Shown here in pieces: positions 1 to 10,300 of a DNA stretch of 64,000 bases. Numbering within the stretch: position 1 is the stretch's first letter; the number at the start of each line of letters is the position of its first letter. The position numbers and the translations under genes were made by a program. The DNA is from an uncultured Prevotellaceae bacterium. GTDB lineage: Bacteria; Bacteroidota; Bacteroidia; Bacteroidales; Bacteroidaceae. The stretch spans positions 4,866-68,865 of the forward strand of contig CADADN010000058.1 of NCBI GenBank assembly GCA_902786665.1, read 5' to 3'. The notes below the pieces were generated by a model. It did no database searches. It had not been told where the DNA came from and worked only from the letters and a program-made list of their open reading frames with translations.

Positions 1-198
1 GGAGGAAATGATCACCCCATACTTTTTCAAAACCCTCTCCACGTTTTATTTTCCCTTACTTGCGAAAGTTGAGTAAGTAATCAAAACCGGCAAAAAAAGG
101 GAGAATCAAAAATAGACAAAAACCAATGACATATTTCCTGCAATAAAACCCACCTGATTTATAAGACAATAAACAAACACACTATAAATTGAACGATT

Positions 199-804
199 AT
201 GGACAAGAACAATTCAAACATGCTGGTGATAGCATTGCTGGTAGCTGTGGCTTTCTTGTTAGGCATGAACATCAATGCCATGAAAGGCAACAGTTCCACA
301 GGCAAAAGTGATGCAGAGCAAGAAAACGTCTTGCCTGAAGGAATAGGCGAAAAGCCGAAAACGAATGTCAAGCCAAACGAGGGTTTGGTAAACGTTTCCA
401 AAAAAGAAGGAGAACGTCCTGCCAAAAAAGAAAAGATGGTGGAGTGCCCTATCTGCAAAGGTTGTGGGACAGACCCAAGAGACGTGTTTAAAAAGTGTTT
501 CGGCTGTCAGCGCGTAGGTCTTGTGCGTGAAAGCGAATACAAAAGGCTGGCTTCCATGGAAGAAAGCGAATGGCCATACGTGGAGAAGGTGTATTTTGAA
601 TGCCCCATGTGTTTCGGAACGAAACAACAGGGAGGAAGAAGCACAGACATCCTCTGCCAGAACCCTTATTGCGATATGTGTGATGAAAACGGCATGGTGG
701 ACTCTCAACGCTACAAGGAGATCATAAAGTTGATGGAGCAAATGAGAAGGGATGGAATCCCTGTTAATTTCATGCCCCCCTTTGAAGATGATTGGTATTG
801 GTGA
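199..804 (+). CDS. Membrane-anchored/exported protein with four CxxCxGxG-like (DnaJ zinc-finger-like) motifs
   Basis: N-terminal hydrophobic helix (MLVIALLVAVAFLLG); motifs CPICKGCG, CFGCQRVG, CPMCFGTK, CDMCDENG; followed by a terminator. Confidence 0.7.
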   Translation: MDKNNSNMLVIALLVAVAFLLGMNINAMKGNSSTGKSDAEQENVLPEGIGEKPKTNVKPNEGLVNVSKKEGERPAKKEKMVECPICKGCGTDPRDVFKKCFGCQRVGLVRESEYKRLASMEESEWPYVEKVYFECPMCFGTKQQGGRSTDILCQNPYCDMCDENGMVDSQRYKEIIKLMEQMRRDGIPVNFMPPFEDDWYW

Positions 805-830
805 CTCTTGACCAAAGGAGCACTCGCAAG

Positions 831-869
831 GAAAGTGAGAGTTTTTTCAAACTCTCACTTTCTTTTTTT
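831..869 (+). terminator. Intrinsic terminator
   Basis: GAAAGTGAGAGTTT / AAACTCTCACTTTC stem followed by T7. Confidence 0.8.
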
Positions 870-920
870 GCATAGGCCTATTTATCCATGTCGACAAGAA
901 ACAAGAGGTTTTGCCAATGA

Positions 921-1018
921 TGCTATTCCTCCTTGGCATTCCTGGCATACAACTTTGCGATGAGCGCACCGCCGATGTTGTGCCATACGCAGAAGGCGGC
1001 GCCGGGTATATGATGGCC
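921..1018 (-). pseudogene. Diverged copy of the last ~30 codons and stop codon of the BASS transporter gene at 4290-5222
   Basis: Manual alignment with 4288-4383 gives about 10 substitutions plus a 2-nt indel; reads PGAAFCVWHNIGGALIAKLYARNAKEE* versus PGAVFSVWHNISGALVARLYARNAKKE*. Confidence 0.85.
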
Positions 1019-1415
1019 CCAGCTCGCCGTCGACAATAGGGCTGATGCAACGGACATATTTCTCCATCACGTGAAAAAATACCACCCAAAGGGATGTTTT
1101 CTGAGATTTTATGCTTCTGTGTGGTGATAAAAGGACTAAAGAATGTTAACGCCATATTTGCCCTGTTTTGGGGTAATTTACAAGCGGCAATCCTTACAGG
1201 CATCTTGATAGCGTTACAAGTAGTAAGCACATGACTGCGTTTCCACTTAATTTGGGCTTTTAGTGCTTACATTTGCCATGTCATAGAAGATTTCACTTGT
1301 CTTGAATTGCAGCACTGAGGCAAGTGAAAAATCGGATATGGCAAAATCCCGAGCAATTTTTGTTGCTCAGGGACTTACAAAAAAAGTTTAATGAAATGCT
1401 GCAGAATTCAAGTCA

Positions 1416-3314
1416 ATGAAAAAGATTCTTTTACTCCAATTAATCCTTCTGCTGTCGCTTCGTGCGCTTGCCGAAGGAGGGATTTCGTTTGAGACCCGAG
1501 AGGTGCCCGTCAACCGTGGCGGGGAGGAAGACGGCACGGTCACTTTGCGTTTTTATTCCGACATGCCATCTGTCCCCTACATCTCCGTGGCGGATTTCCA
1601 GCAACTGATGCTCCCTGGCACCACTATAAAAGTCACCAAGACAGGCAGGGGGGAATATCTTCTCGAGGGGCCATTTGCCCAGGCCTCGGTGAACACCACC
1701 AGCGAGCAGTTCTCTTCAGACGACTACATGGCCTTCACCAACCTGATGGGGCTGGTGCAAGAGGGAATGGACAATGTCAGTTACGGTGGTGCGCCCTTCG
1801 TGCGCTACAACCATCAGGAGTTGACACCAACCTCGGCAACGGTCACTTTCGACTTCAAGAAATACGGCATCAACCTTCGTGGCGACGATACAGCCGTGTA
1901 TTTCCCATTCGCCACCATCTCAGACCTCTACAGCGACCTCTTTTTCCACATTGCCAGCTATAACGGAGAGAAAGTGGTCCTGGTGACAGACTATAGGAAC
2001 GGAGAGGTTGCCGAATTGGAGTTGGAGAATGCCAAGAAATTGTATAAGACCGAGAATCGCAATGAAGACATGGCGAATTTCTGCTACGCAGAGTTGTGCT
2101 TCGTCATCGACCACTTCTATGGCATGCCCGGGCGCTCACCTTTGGAGAGTGGCATCCGCAGCGACGGACTGGACAAGGTGCTCGACACTGCTGCCAATGG
2201 AGCACTCATCAAACAACTGCTCAAGAGCACCAACATGCAGGAGTACTTCATCGGAATGAAAAGCCTGCAAGTACTGCTCCAAGATGGACACACCAACCTT
2301 ATGGTTGATATGAATCTCTTCAGTGTTGTAAGAGAGGAAGGAGAGAATTTTGAAACTTGGAAGGCTGGGAATAAAACAATAGAGGATACATATCCCGACC
2401 TGTACTATCCACTGATGGACTATCTCAATCATTTGAAAAATCCCAAGGAGCAAGATATCGCCAACGCCCGTCCGTCCAAAGAAACCTATTACAAGAGAGG
2501 CAATACGGCTTTTTTGATGCTCGAATCGTTTGGTCCTATTTGCAAAGAGGCATGGGATGACTACTACGACGGTGGCTGCATGGGAGAGACGCCTGGCATC
2601 AACGAAGATTACTTGGGTGACTTGAACGTGGTGCTCGATGCGCTGAAACAGGCGGCTGAAGACCCAGAGGTAAAGAACTTGGTGGTCGACTTGGCGAGCA
2701 ACCCCGGCGGAACACTCGACGTGGTGATGGCAATGACGGCACTCATGGGTGGACAGAGCCATTTCTACAGTGAGAACGTCCTGACCGGACAACGACAGGA
2801 AATCTACTATGACGTGGACTGCAATTTCGACGGCGTTTTTGACGAAAGGGACAAGGATGTGAAGTACGACCTAAACATCGCCGTGCTCATTTCCGAACTA
2901 TCTTTCTCTTGCGCCAACCTCTTCCCCTCGCTGATGAAAGACATGGGATTCCCCATCATCGGTGAGCGGAGTGGCGGCGGTGCGTGTGCAGTACAGCAAT
3001 ACGTCACGCCTGAGGGAATGCAGTACCAGATATCGTCTGCCCGCGCCCGCCTGACCAACGACAAGTGGGAGATTATCGACAACGGCGTGGAGCCCAACTA
3101 TGTCATCGACGTATCTTCGGGCGACTATTCCGCATTCTATGACGTTGATTTCATCAATGAAATCTTCAGAGGCAAGACGCTGAATCCTACGGCCATCGCA
3201 AGCATCACCAACAGTGACGACACCAACGTGTATTACGACTTGTTCGGACGCAAAATCGCCACCCCCACCGCCAAGGGAATATATATTGTGAATGGCAGGA
3301 AGGTCGTCAAATAG
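1416..3314 (+). CDS. Secreted S41-family (tail-specific protease-like) peptidase with short T9SS-type C-terminal signal
   Basis: Signal peptide; VVDLASNPGG, SFSCAN and IIGERSGGGAC motifs; ends YYDLFGRK...KGIYIVNGRKVVK. Confidence 0.8.
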   Translation: MKKILLLQLILLLSLRALAEGGISFETREVPVNRGGEEDGTVTLRFYSDMPSVPYISVADFQQLMLPGTTIKVTKTGRGEYLLEGPFAQASVNTTSEQFSSDDYMAFTNLMGLVQEGMDNVSYGGAPFVRYNHQELTPTSATVTFDFKKYGINLRGDDTAVYFPFATISDLYSDLFFHIASYNGEKVVLVTDYRNGEVAELELENAKKLYKTENRNEDMANFCYAELCFVIDHFYGMPGRSPLESGIRSDGLDKVLDTAANGALIKQLLKSTNMQEYFIGMKSLQVLLQDGHTNLMVDMNLFSVVREEGENFETWKAGNKTIEDTYPDLYYPLMDYLNHLKNPKEQDIANARPSKETYYKRGNTAFLMLESFGPICKEAWDDYYDGGCMGETPGINEDYLGDLNVVLDALKQAAEDPEVKNLVVDLASNPGGTLDVVMAMTALMGGQSHFYSENVLTGQRQEIYYDVDCNFDGVFDERDKDVKYDLNIAVLISELSFSCANLFPSLMKDMGFPIIGERSGGGACAVQQYVTPEGMQYQISSARARLTNDKWEIIDNGVEPNYVIDVSSGDYSAFYDVDFINEIFRGKTLNPTAIASITNSDDTNVYYDLFGRKIATPTAKGIYIVNGRKVVK

Positions 3315-3319
3315 AAGAC

Positions 3320-3380
3320 TTTGAAGATTGAAAATTGGCCTGCGGCCGAAGTTGCTCACGCTCGGCAGACTTCAAGCAAG
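3320..3380 (-). repeat. Truncated copy of the AATCTTC-array/GGCCGCAGGCC interspersed element
   Basis: 3334-3380 is the reverse complement of 22263-22309 (CTTGCTTGAAGTCTGCCGAGCGTGAGCAACTTCGGCCGCAGGCCAAT). Confidence 0.9.
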
Positions 3381-3384
3381 GCGG

Positions 3385-3422
3385 ATCAATTAAGGTGCTC
3401 TCTTTGGAGCACCTTAATTGAT
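3385..3422. terminator. Hairpin terminator between convergent genes
   Basis: Perfect 16-bp stem ATCAATTAAGGTGCTC / GAGCACCTTAATTGAT. Confidence 0.75.
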
Positions 3423-3434
3423 TGAACTTTTCTC

Positions 3435-4080
3435 TTACTTGATGACAAGTTTTTTCCCATTGCGAATGTAGACGCCCTTAGCGGTGGGTTTGCTGCCGAG
3501 TTGATGCCCGCTGAGGGTAAACCATGAGCCGGAGAGGGCGGCATCGACATTGGAGTCAGACTGGTCAGAAATTTCCCGGATACCCGTGCTCTCATCTCCG
3601 AAGTGCAACACAAAGTTGTTGATGCCGCTGGCTGAGCCGCCCGCCATGAGACCTTTGAGTTGGAAATATGCACGGCAGGCATTGATTGTCATGGCTGCAT
3701 CAGGATAGTATAGCGTGTTGTTGCCACCGAGGTATAATTTACTTTGGTCACCGGCTTCGAGATATTCGGGACTGAAGTTGCCTATAAAGTCAACGTATGT
3801 GGTTTCGGTTTTTGCAGTGACATAGTTGATAGTAACGTTCTCAAAGACAGGCCCGTTAATGTCGCTGCCGCCATTCCACTTCACGATGTAGGGTTTCCCG
3901 GCTTGGATGCTGGCAAGATCATCAGAGAAATTGAGAGTCAGAGTGCCGTCTTCAAACAAAGAGGAAGAGAGTTCCTTCACTATCGCTCCTTCCAAAGGCG
4001 TGCCAGTGAAGTTGCTGAGCGCGAACGGCAGGCAAAGCGTGTTCCAAGAGCCGTCTTTGTAGAACTTGTGGCCGTTGAGG
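3435..4080 (-). pseudogene. 5'-truncated C-terminal fragment of a large T9SS-secreted surface protein
   Basis: Frame is open upstream of the TTG at 3995 (HKFYKDGSWNTLCLPF) but has no signal peptide or credible start; ends with the T9SS-type tail WFTLSG...KGVYIRNGKKLVIK. Confidence 0.7.
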
Positions 4081-4289
4081 AAGCAGAAGAAGTTATCATT
4101 TTGGAGTTGGTGACCATCACCGATTGTTCTATTTCATATTTGGTGGCGCAGAAGTCCTCAATGTTTCATGGATTTGCGCAGCAACCTCCTGGGCATATCC
4201 TATGTCGTATCCCACACGGAGGTAAACAACCGGTTATGTGGGATTCTTCGTGTTGATGACCACGGCGTACTCGTCAACGACACCCCTTG

Positions 4290-5222
4290 CTATTCCTTCT
4301 TGGCATTCCTGGCATACAGCCTTGCGACGAGTGCACCGCTGATGTTGTGCCATACGCTGAAGACGGCGCCTGGGATGATGGCCATGGGATAAGCAGCGAA
4401 ATGCTGTGCGGCGAGCGATGAGGCCAGTCCGCTGTTTTGCATGCCCACCTCGATGCTTACCGCCTTGCGCTTGGGTGAAGAGAGACGGAGGAGCCTCCCT
4501 ATGAGATAGCCTATGGAGAGTCCGCAGACGTTGTGAAGGACAACCACCAAGACGATGACCAAGCCGCATGAATACAGTTTTTCCGCACTGGCGGCGATTA
4601 CTATCACTACGATGGTGGCGATGGCGAGGGACGAGATGGCAGGCAGGTATGCCGTGGCCTTCTCCGTCTGCTTCGGCCATATCCTCTTGACGATGAGGCC
4701 TGCCACGATAGGCAGGATGACGACCCACAGGATGCTGAGGAACATGCCCGCCACATCGACATCGACGGCCTTTCCCGCCAAGAGCCATACGAGCAGCGGC
4801 GTCATCAGCGGAGCCAACAGCGTGGAGACACCCGTCATGCCAACCGACAAGGCGAGGTCGCCCTTCGAGAGATAGGTGATGACGTTGGATGCCGTGCCTC
4901 CAGGACAGCAACCCACGAGCACCACGCCGATGGCCAACGCCTCGTCGAGGGCGAAAAGCCAGGAAAGCAGCCACGCCAACAGGGGCATCACGGTGAACTG
5001 TGCCAGGCAACCGATGATGACATCCTTCGGCCGGCTGAACACCACGCGGAAGTCATCTGCCTTCAAAGTCAGACCCATGCCGAACATGATCACGCCCAAC
5101 AGCGGTGTGATGACCGAGGGTTTCAACACCCCCATCGTTTTTGGACACAACAACGCCAACACAGCTGCCAGCAACACCAGCACACCCAGATAGTCGGATA
5201 TCAATTTGCAAAGTCTCTTCAT
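4290..5222 (-). CDS. Bile acid:sodium symporter (BASS) family transporter, PanS-like
   Basis: IMFGMGLTL, GCCPGGTASNV and SIEVGMQNSGLA motifs; multiple TM helices. Confidence 0.92.
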   Translation of the reverse strand: MKRLCKLISDYLGVLVLLAAVLALLCPKTMGVLKPSVITPLLGVIMFGMGLTLKADDFRVVFSRPKDVIIGCLAQFTVMPLLAWLLSWLFALDEALAIGVVLVGCCPGGTASNVITYLSKGDLALSVGMTGVSTLLAPLMTPLLVWLLAGKAVDVDVAGMFLSILWVVILPIVAGLIVKRIWPKQTEKATAYLPAISSLAIATIVVIVIAASAEKLYSCGLVIVLVVVLHNVCGLSIGYLIGRLLRLSSPKRKAVSIEVGMQNSGLASSLAAQHFAAYPMAIIPGAVFSVWHNISGALVARLYARNAKKE

Positions 5223-5244
5223 GTCATCATTCGTTTTCGGGTTG

Positions 5245-5252
5245 CAAAGTTA
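5245..5252 (-). promoter_or_regulatory. Bacteroidota -7 promoter element for the BASS gene
   Basis: TAACTTTG on the minus strand just upstream of the start codon. Confidence 0.6.
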
Positions 5253-5441
5253 CAAAGCAACTTTGACATTGCCAACATAAGGCAGGGAAAAACCATTTTC
5301 CACCAGGGATGTTGCAAATCCTCATCCCGACTTGCCCAGCCAAGAGCTTGACAGCCTCGGACGTCGCGACATACTTTTGGAAAAGGCAACAGGGACAAGC
5401 GATTTTTGCAGGTTTTCCATTGTTGTTTCGAAAGGATTCCT

Positions 5442-5449
5442 TATCTTTG
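5442..5449 (+). promoter_or_regulatory. Bacteroidota -7 promoter element
   Basis: TATCTTTG upstream of the SH3b gene. Confidence 0.55.
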
Positions 5450-5522
5450 TGGTGCAATCAGAAGGATAGGCAATGCACGATTTTATGAGCGAATGAGGAA
5501 CATGAATTATAAACTTACGAAT

Positions 5523-6029
5523 ATGAAGAAGTTTTTGTTAATGATTTTGGCAGCCATGTTCATACTACCATGCGCTGCCCAACGTTTCGGATTGGTAAAA
5601 GATGAAGGTGGCTACACCAACATCCGCAAGGGACCGGGCACCAATTATGCCGTTGTGGATCAAGTGCAAGACGGCATGTTCATCAGTTTCAGTACCGGAA
5701 CCGGCAGTTGGTACAAGGTATACACCACCTATACCGATGATTCCCCACAAGAATTGATTGGCTACATCCACTCCAGCAAAGTGGTGGTTCCCAAACGCCA
5801 AGGCGTATGCAAGACTGTCTGCTTAGTGCTGGACGAAGGTGGATATACCAACATCCGCAAAGGCCCCGGCACACGCTATGCCATTGTGGGCAAAGTGCGC
5901 GATGGCAGTTGCATCCTATGCAGCGGCGACTACGGCGATGGATGGTTTAAGGTCTATACGCAGACGGGCGTTTTCCGCGGTTACATGAGTGCCAGTAAAA
6001 TCATCGTCACCGAATCACCTTGCTTCTGA
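5523..6029 (+). CDS. Exported protein with two bacterial SH3 (SH3b) domains
   Basis: Signal peptide MKKFLLMILAAMFILPCAA; duplicated DEGGYTNIRKGPGT..Y...W.KVY...GY. Confidence 0.85.
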   Translation: MKKFLLMILAAMFILPCAAQRFGLVKDEGGYTNIRKGPGTNYAVVDQVQDGMFISFSTGTGSWYKVYTTYTDDSPQELIGYIHSSKVVVPKRQGVCKTVCLVLDEGGYTNIRKGPGTRYAIVGKVRDGSCILCSGDYGDGWFKVYTQTGVFRGYMSASKIIVTESPCF

Positions 6030-6060
6030 ATTTGTCTCTCACTCTTAAACTATCAATGTC

Positions 6061-6087
6061 TGTTGCCAACCTTACGTGTTGGCAACA
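6061..6087 (+). terminator. Hairpin after the SH3b gene
   Basis: TGTTGCCAAC / GTTGGCAACA stem; no clear U-tract. Confidence 0.45.
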
Positions 6088-6088
6088 T

Positions 6089-6301
6089 CCCCTTATGACT
6101 CCCCTTAGAAGCATACATATGCCCCTTTAACTACTCCCCCTCTGCCCGAGGGGGGGGTGGCCGCAGGCCGGGGCGATGGAGAACTCCCCCTTTACCCCCC
6201 TCGAAGCATACATACGTCCCTTTAACTCCCCTTTAACTCCCCTTTAACTCCCCTTTAACTCCCCTTTAACTCCTAAAAATAGAATACTCCTCCTTAACTC
6301 C
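6089..6301 (+). repeat. 11-mer (TTTAACTCCCC)n array with embedded GC-rich hairpin module; family copy 1
   Basis: Tandem units at ~6218-6273; module CCCCCTCTGCCCGAGGGGG...GGCCGCAGGCC...GGAGAACTCC at 6136-6190; reverse-complement match to 22031-22136 and 30441-30530. Confidence 0.9.
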
Positions 6302-6310
6302 CGAACAAGA

Positions 6311-7339
6311 ATGATATCCTTTGAATCCGACTATGACAATGGTGCGCACCCTGAAGTGCTGCGTCACCTTGTGGAGACCAATGATGAACGCACCCTCACC
6401 TATGGCTTTGACCGATACAGCGAGCAAGCGAAAGCCAAAATCAAGGCTGCGTGCCAGAGAGAGGATGCGGAAGTGTTCCTGCTCACCGGTGGCACACAGA
6501 CCAATGCCACGGTAATCGACGCGATGCTCCGTTCCTACGAGGCCGTGATGTGCCCCTCCACAGCCCACATCAGCGTGCACGAGGCCGGTGCTGTCGAAGC
6601 CTTCGGTCACAAGGTCGTCGACCTGCCCCAGGACAACGGGAAATTGGCGGCGGAGACTTTGGAACATTTCATGGACGTTTTCGAACACGACGAGAGTCGC
6701 GACCATGTGGCGCAACCCGGCATGGTATATATCAGCTTCCCCACGGAGATGGGCACGCTCTACACGGCAGCCGAACTGCAGGCCTTGGAGGAGACGTGCC
6801 ATCGCCACGACCTGCAGCTGTTTGTCGACGGCGCCCGCATGGGCTATGGCCTGATGGCCGAAGGCAACGATGTCACGCTGCCTTTCCTCGCCTCACACTG
6901 CGACGCCTTTTATATCGGCGGCACGAAGGTGGGTGCCCTCTGCGGAGAAGCGGTGGTGTTCACCCATGGCAACACTCCCCGCGGTTTCTTCAGCATCGTC
7001 AAGCGCCATGGAGCACTGCTCGCCAAGGGGCGGTTGGCAGGGGTGCAGTTCGACGCCCTCTTCACCGACGCCCTCTATTTCCGCATCTCACGCCATGCCA
7101 TCGAGATGGCCACATTGCTCCGCAAGGTGCTGGCCGATGCCGGCATTCGCTTCCATATCGACTCACCCACCAACCAGCAATTTGTCATCCTCCCCAACGA
7201 ACTGATGCATCGCCTGGAGCGACAGGTGCAGTTCATCCAATGGGAGCCCTACGACACCCATAGCACCGTCTGCCGCTTCGTCACCAGTTGGGCGACGACG
7301 GAGAAGGACATCGAGACACTGCGAAAAATCCTGGAATGA
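6311..7339 (+). CDS. ltaE: Low-specificity L-threonine aldolase (PLP-dependent)
   Basis: SFESDYDNGAHPEVL, GGTQTN, HEAGAVE, LFVDGAR, YIGGTKVG. Confidence 0.88.
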   Translation: MISFESDYDNGAHPEVLRHLVETNDERTLTYGFDRYSEQAKAKIKAACQREDAEVFLLTGGTQTNATVIDAMLRSYEAVMCPSTAHISVHEAGAVEAFGHKVVDLPQDNGKLAAETLEHFMDVFEHDESRDHVAQPGMVYISFPTEMGTLYTAAELQALEETCHRHDLQLFVDGARMGYGLMAEGNDVTLPFLASHCDAFYIGGTKVGALCGEAVVFTHGNTPRGFFSIVKRHGALLAKGRLAGVQFDALFTDALYFRISRHAIEMATLLRKVLADAGIRFHIDSPTNQQFVILPNELMHRLERQVQFIQWEPYDTHSTVCRFVTSWATTEKDIETLRKILE

Positions 7340-7369
7340 CCAAGAAAACCATCAAAATCACCAAACCAT

Positions 7370-10300
7370 ATGAAACAACAAATCCTCTTGTTCTTCCTGC
7401 TACTGTTGGCGACAGGAATATCAGCCGCCCCCGTGGACCAGGAGGCAGCAAAGCAATCGGCCAAGACCTTCATGGCACAACGCGGAAAGAAAAAGGTGGA
7501 TAGGATGTCGCTGGCATACAAAGGCACAAGCACCCGAGCACACCGCATGCCAGGCACCACACCACCCCACCCCGCCTACTATGTGTTCAACAACAAGGAG
7601 GAAGGTGGCTTCGTCATCGTCTCCGGCGACAGCCGCACCGCCACCATCCTCGGCTATTCCGATGAAGGGTCTTTCGACCCCGCCAACATCCCTGAGAACA
7701 TGGCGGAATGGCTGAAAGGCTATGCCGACCAGATTGCCTACCTCGACGAAGCCGACATCCAGACCTCCCAGACCGGCAGGATGAAGTCGCCCACCATGCG
7801 GGCCATCAACCCCCTGCTGAAATCCCGCTGGACGCAAGACACTCCTTTCTCCAACCTGCTGCCCGTCATCAGTGGCAGCCACCTTCCCGTAGGGTGCGGC
7901 GCCACCGCCATGGCGCAGGTGATGTATTACCACCAATGGCCCCAGGCCACCATCGCCGACATCCCCGGCTACAAGAACACTGTCCAGTACAGCAATTACG
8001 ACGAGATTTCTTTCGATACCATTCCCGCCGGACAGACCTTCGACTGGGCGAACATGAAAGACGTCTATGGCGGTCGTGAGACAGATGCCCAAAACAACGC
8101 CGTGGCGGTGTTGTCGCGGTGCTGCGGTGTCGCCCTGAAGATGAGATACGCCCAAGGCGGATCCTCCAGTTCGCTCTCCGACTATCCCCATGCCTTGACA
8201 ACCTATTTCGGCTACGACAGCAAGGTGGAGCACAAGAAAAGGGAGAACTATGGTTACGACGCATGGATGCAGATGCTCTACAAGGAACTGTCGGAAGGGC
8301 GCCCCGTGGCCTACGGAGGACAGTCGGGCGGCGGTGGTCACGCCTTTGTCATCGACGGTTACGACGGCGAGGAACTCTTCCACGTCAACTGGGGTTGGAA
8401 CAACGGCACCGACGGATATTTCCTCCTCTCCGTCCTCAACCCCAACGACAACTCGGGCACCGGCGCCAGTTCCACGGGGTCGGGCTACAATCTCGACCAG
8501 GAAGCCGTGATAGGCATACAGCCATCCACCGGAGGCCAAAGCACCACGCCCGACGACGAGACACCGTTGCAACTGACGTTCGACATCGACAAAATCGTGG
8601 GCGACACCATCTCTGGCAGATACCATAACTACACCGGTGAGCAGAAAACCTTCCTATACACCCTTGGCTACTATGACGAAGCCGGAGAACTGCAAACATG
8701 CTCCGGCCTCTATGGCAACAACCTACCCTCTGGCTATTATTGGTATTTCGACCTCGATGTGAGAATCACGCAACCGGGACGATACATCGTCTTCCCCATG
8801 AGCAAGGTCTATGGCACGGAAGAATGGGTTCCCATGCCACACAACGTCAATTACATCGAAGTCATCGTCGATGAGGATGGCACGAGGACCCTCATCTGGC
8901 ATCCCATCAAGGCCCTCGAGGCCACCTTCGCCTACTCAGAACCCAAGTTCGTGGGCGTGCCGCAGAAAGTGGACATCGCCATCAAGAACATTGGAGAGGA
9001 ATACACGGGCAACCTGTATTTCTTCGCCACCAACAGTGAGGCGGACTTCTCGTCAAAGTCCTCCTTCAACATCCAACTGATACCCGGAAAGAGCACCAAC
9101 GCACGGGTCGGTTTCACACCTTCGGCTGTAGGCAACTATGACATCGCACTGGCCACCGACGCCGCCGGCAACGACATCATAGCCACCTCAAGCGTCTATA
9201 TCACGGAAGGCAGTTACACCACCGACGAGATACTCACCACGAAAGTCACCCTGGAGAACACCACGGGAAGGAAAATCTACGGCAACAAAATCAAGGGTGT
9301 CTACACCATAACCAACCCCACCGAGACCACCTGGTCGGGACGGCTGCGCTTCTTCATCTACCATAACGACAACGGCGGCAGCGGCACCTATTATTCCGTG
9401 CAATACATCGACTATTCCGAGGTGCTGCAGCCTGGTGAGAGCGTGGGCCTGCCATTTGAGTACACCGGCGTCTATGGCGACTACTACATCATCGGGATGA
9501 AATACATGAGAACCTATCACGAGGTGGGAACCAGCGGAACATACCAATTGCTGCGCGGTTATGTGACCTACAAAGCCGACGGAACGGTGAATGGCGCACC
9601 AGCCACCGGTGCCATCACCATCGGCGACGACGTGGTTGCCGTCGATTTCAACGGCATCACGGAAGACGCCATCACCTCCATCACGCCCAATGGCAATCCC
9701 AACACCCTCTACTACCTCTCTGAAGGTTCCACGCTCGCGAGCAAGTTCACTGCCAACGTCAACAACATCGTGTATGGGACGGCATCCACCTCCATCACAC
9801 TTGTCGACAACCACGATTTCTACATCCCCATCACCTTCACGGCCGACCATGTCACCTACAGCAGGCGACCCGCCCTCGTGTCCGACGGTGACAAATGGGA
9901 AACCATCGCCCTGCCTTTCGAGGTGGGAAGGGTGACAGTCTCCGGTCGGGAGATTGACTACCACCATTCCCTCTCCGACCAGGGCAAGGAATTCTGGGTG
10001 AAGGAGTTCAACGAATACGAAGGCAAGGACATCTACTTCGGCATCCCGAAGAAAATGGAGGCATACGTGCCCTACCTCATCGGCTTCTCCTCCACGCTGG
10101 CCGGCAAGGATGTGGTCTTCGAGGGTACTGATGCCACCTTGATCAGCGACAGCAAACTGGTCAGCGGCTCACAGTATTACAATCTCATCGGCACCATGGT
10201 GTCGCTAGCCAAGAGAAATGTCTACATGGTGTCGGCAGACGGCACAAAGTTCACCTTGAAGTCCCAGGCCACCGTTCCGCCGTTCCGCGCCTATATGAAT

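Noticed and set aside
4141-4180. tRNA 3' end (CTGCGCCACCA on the minus strand)
   Set aside because: No T-loop GTTCRA or cloverleaf upstream.
921-4383. BASS 3' duplicate as a DGR template/variable repeat pair
   Set aside because: Mismatches are not confined to adenines of either copy on either strand, there is an indel, and no reverse transcriptase is in the window.
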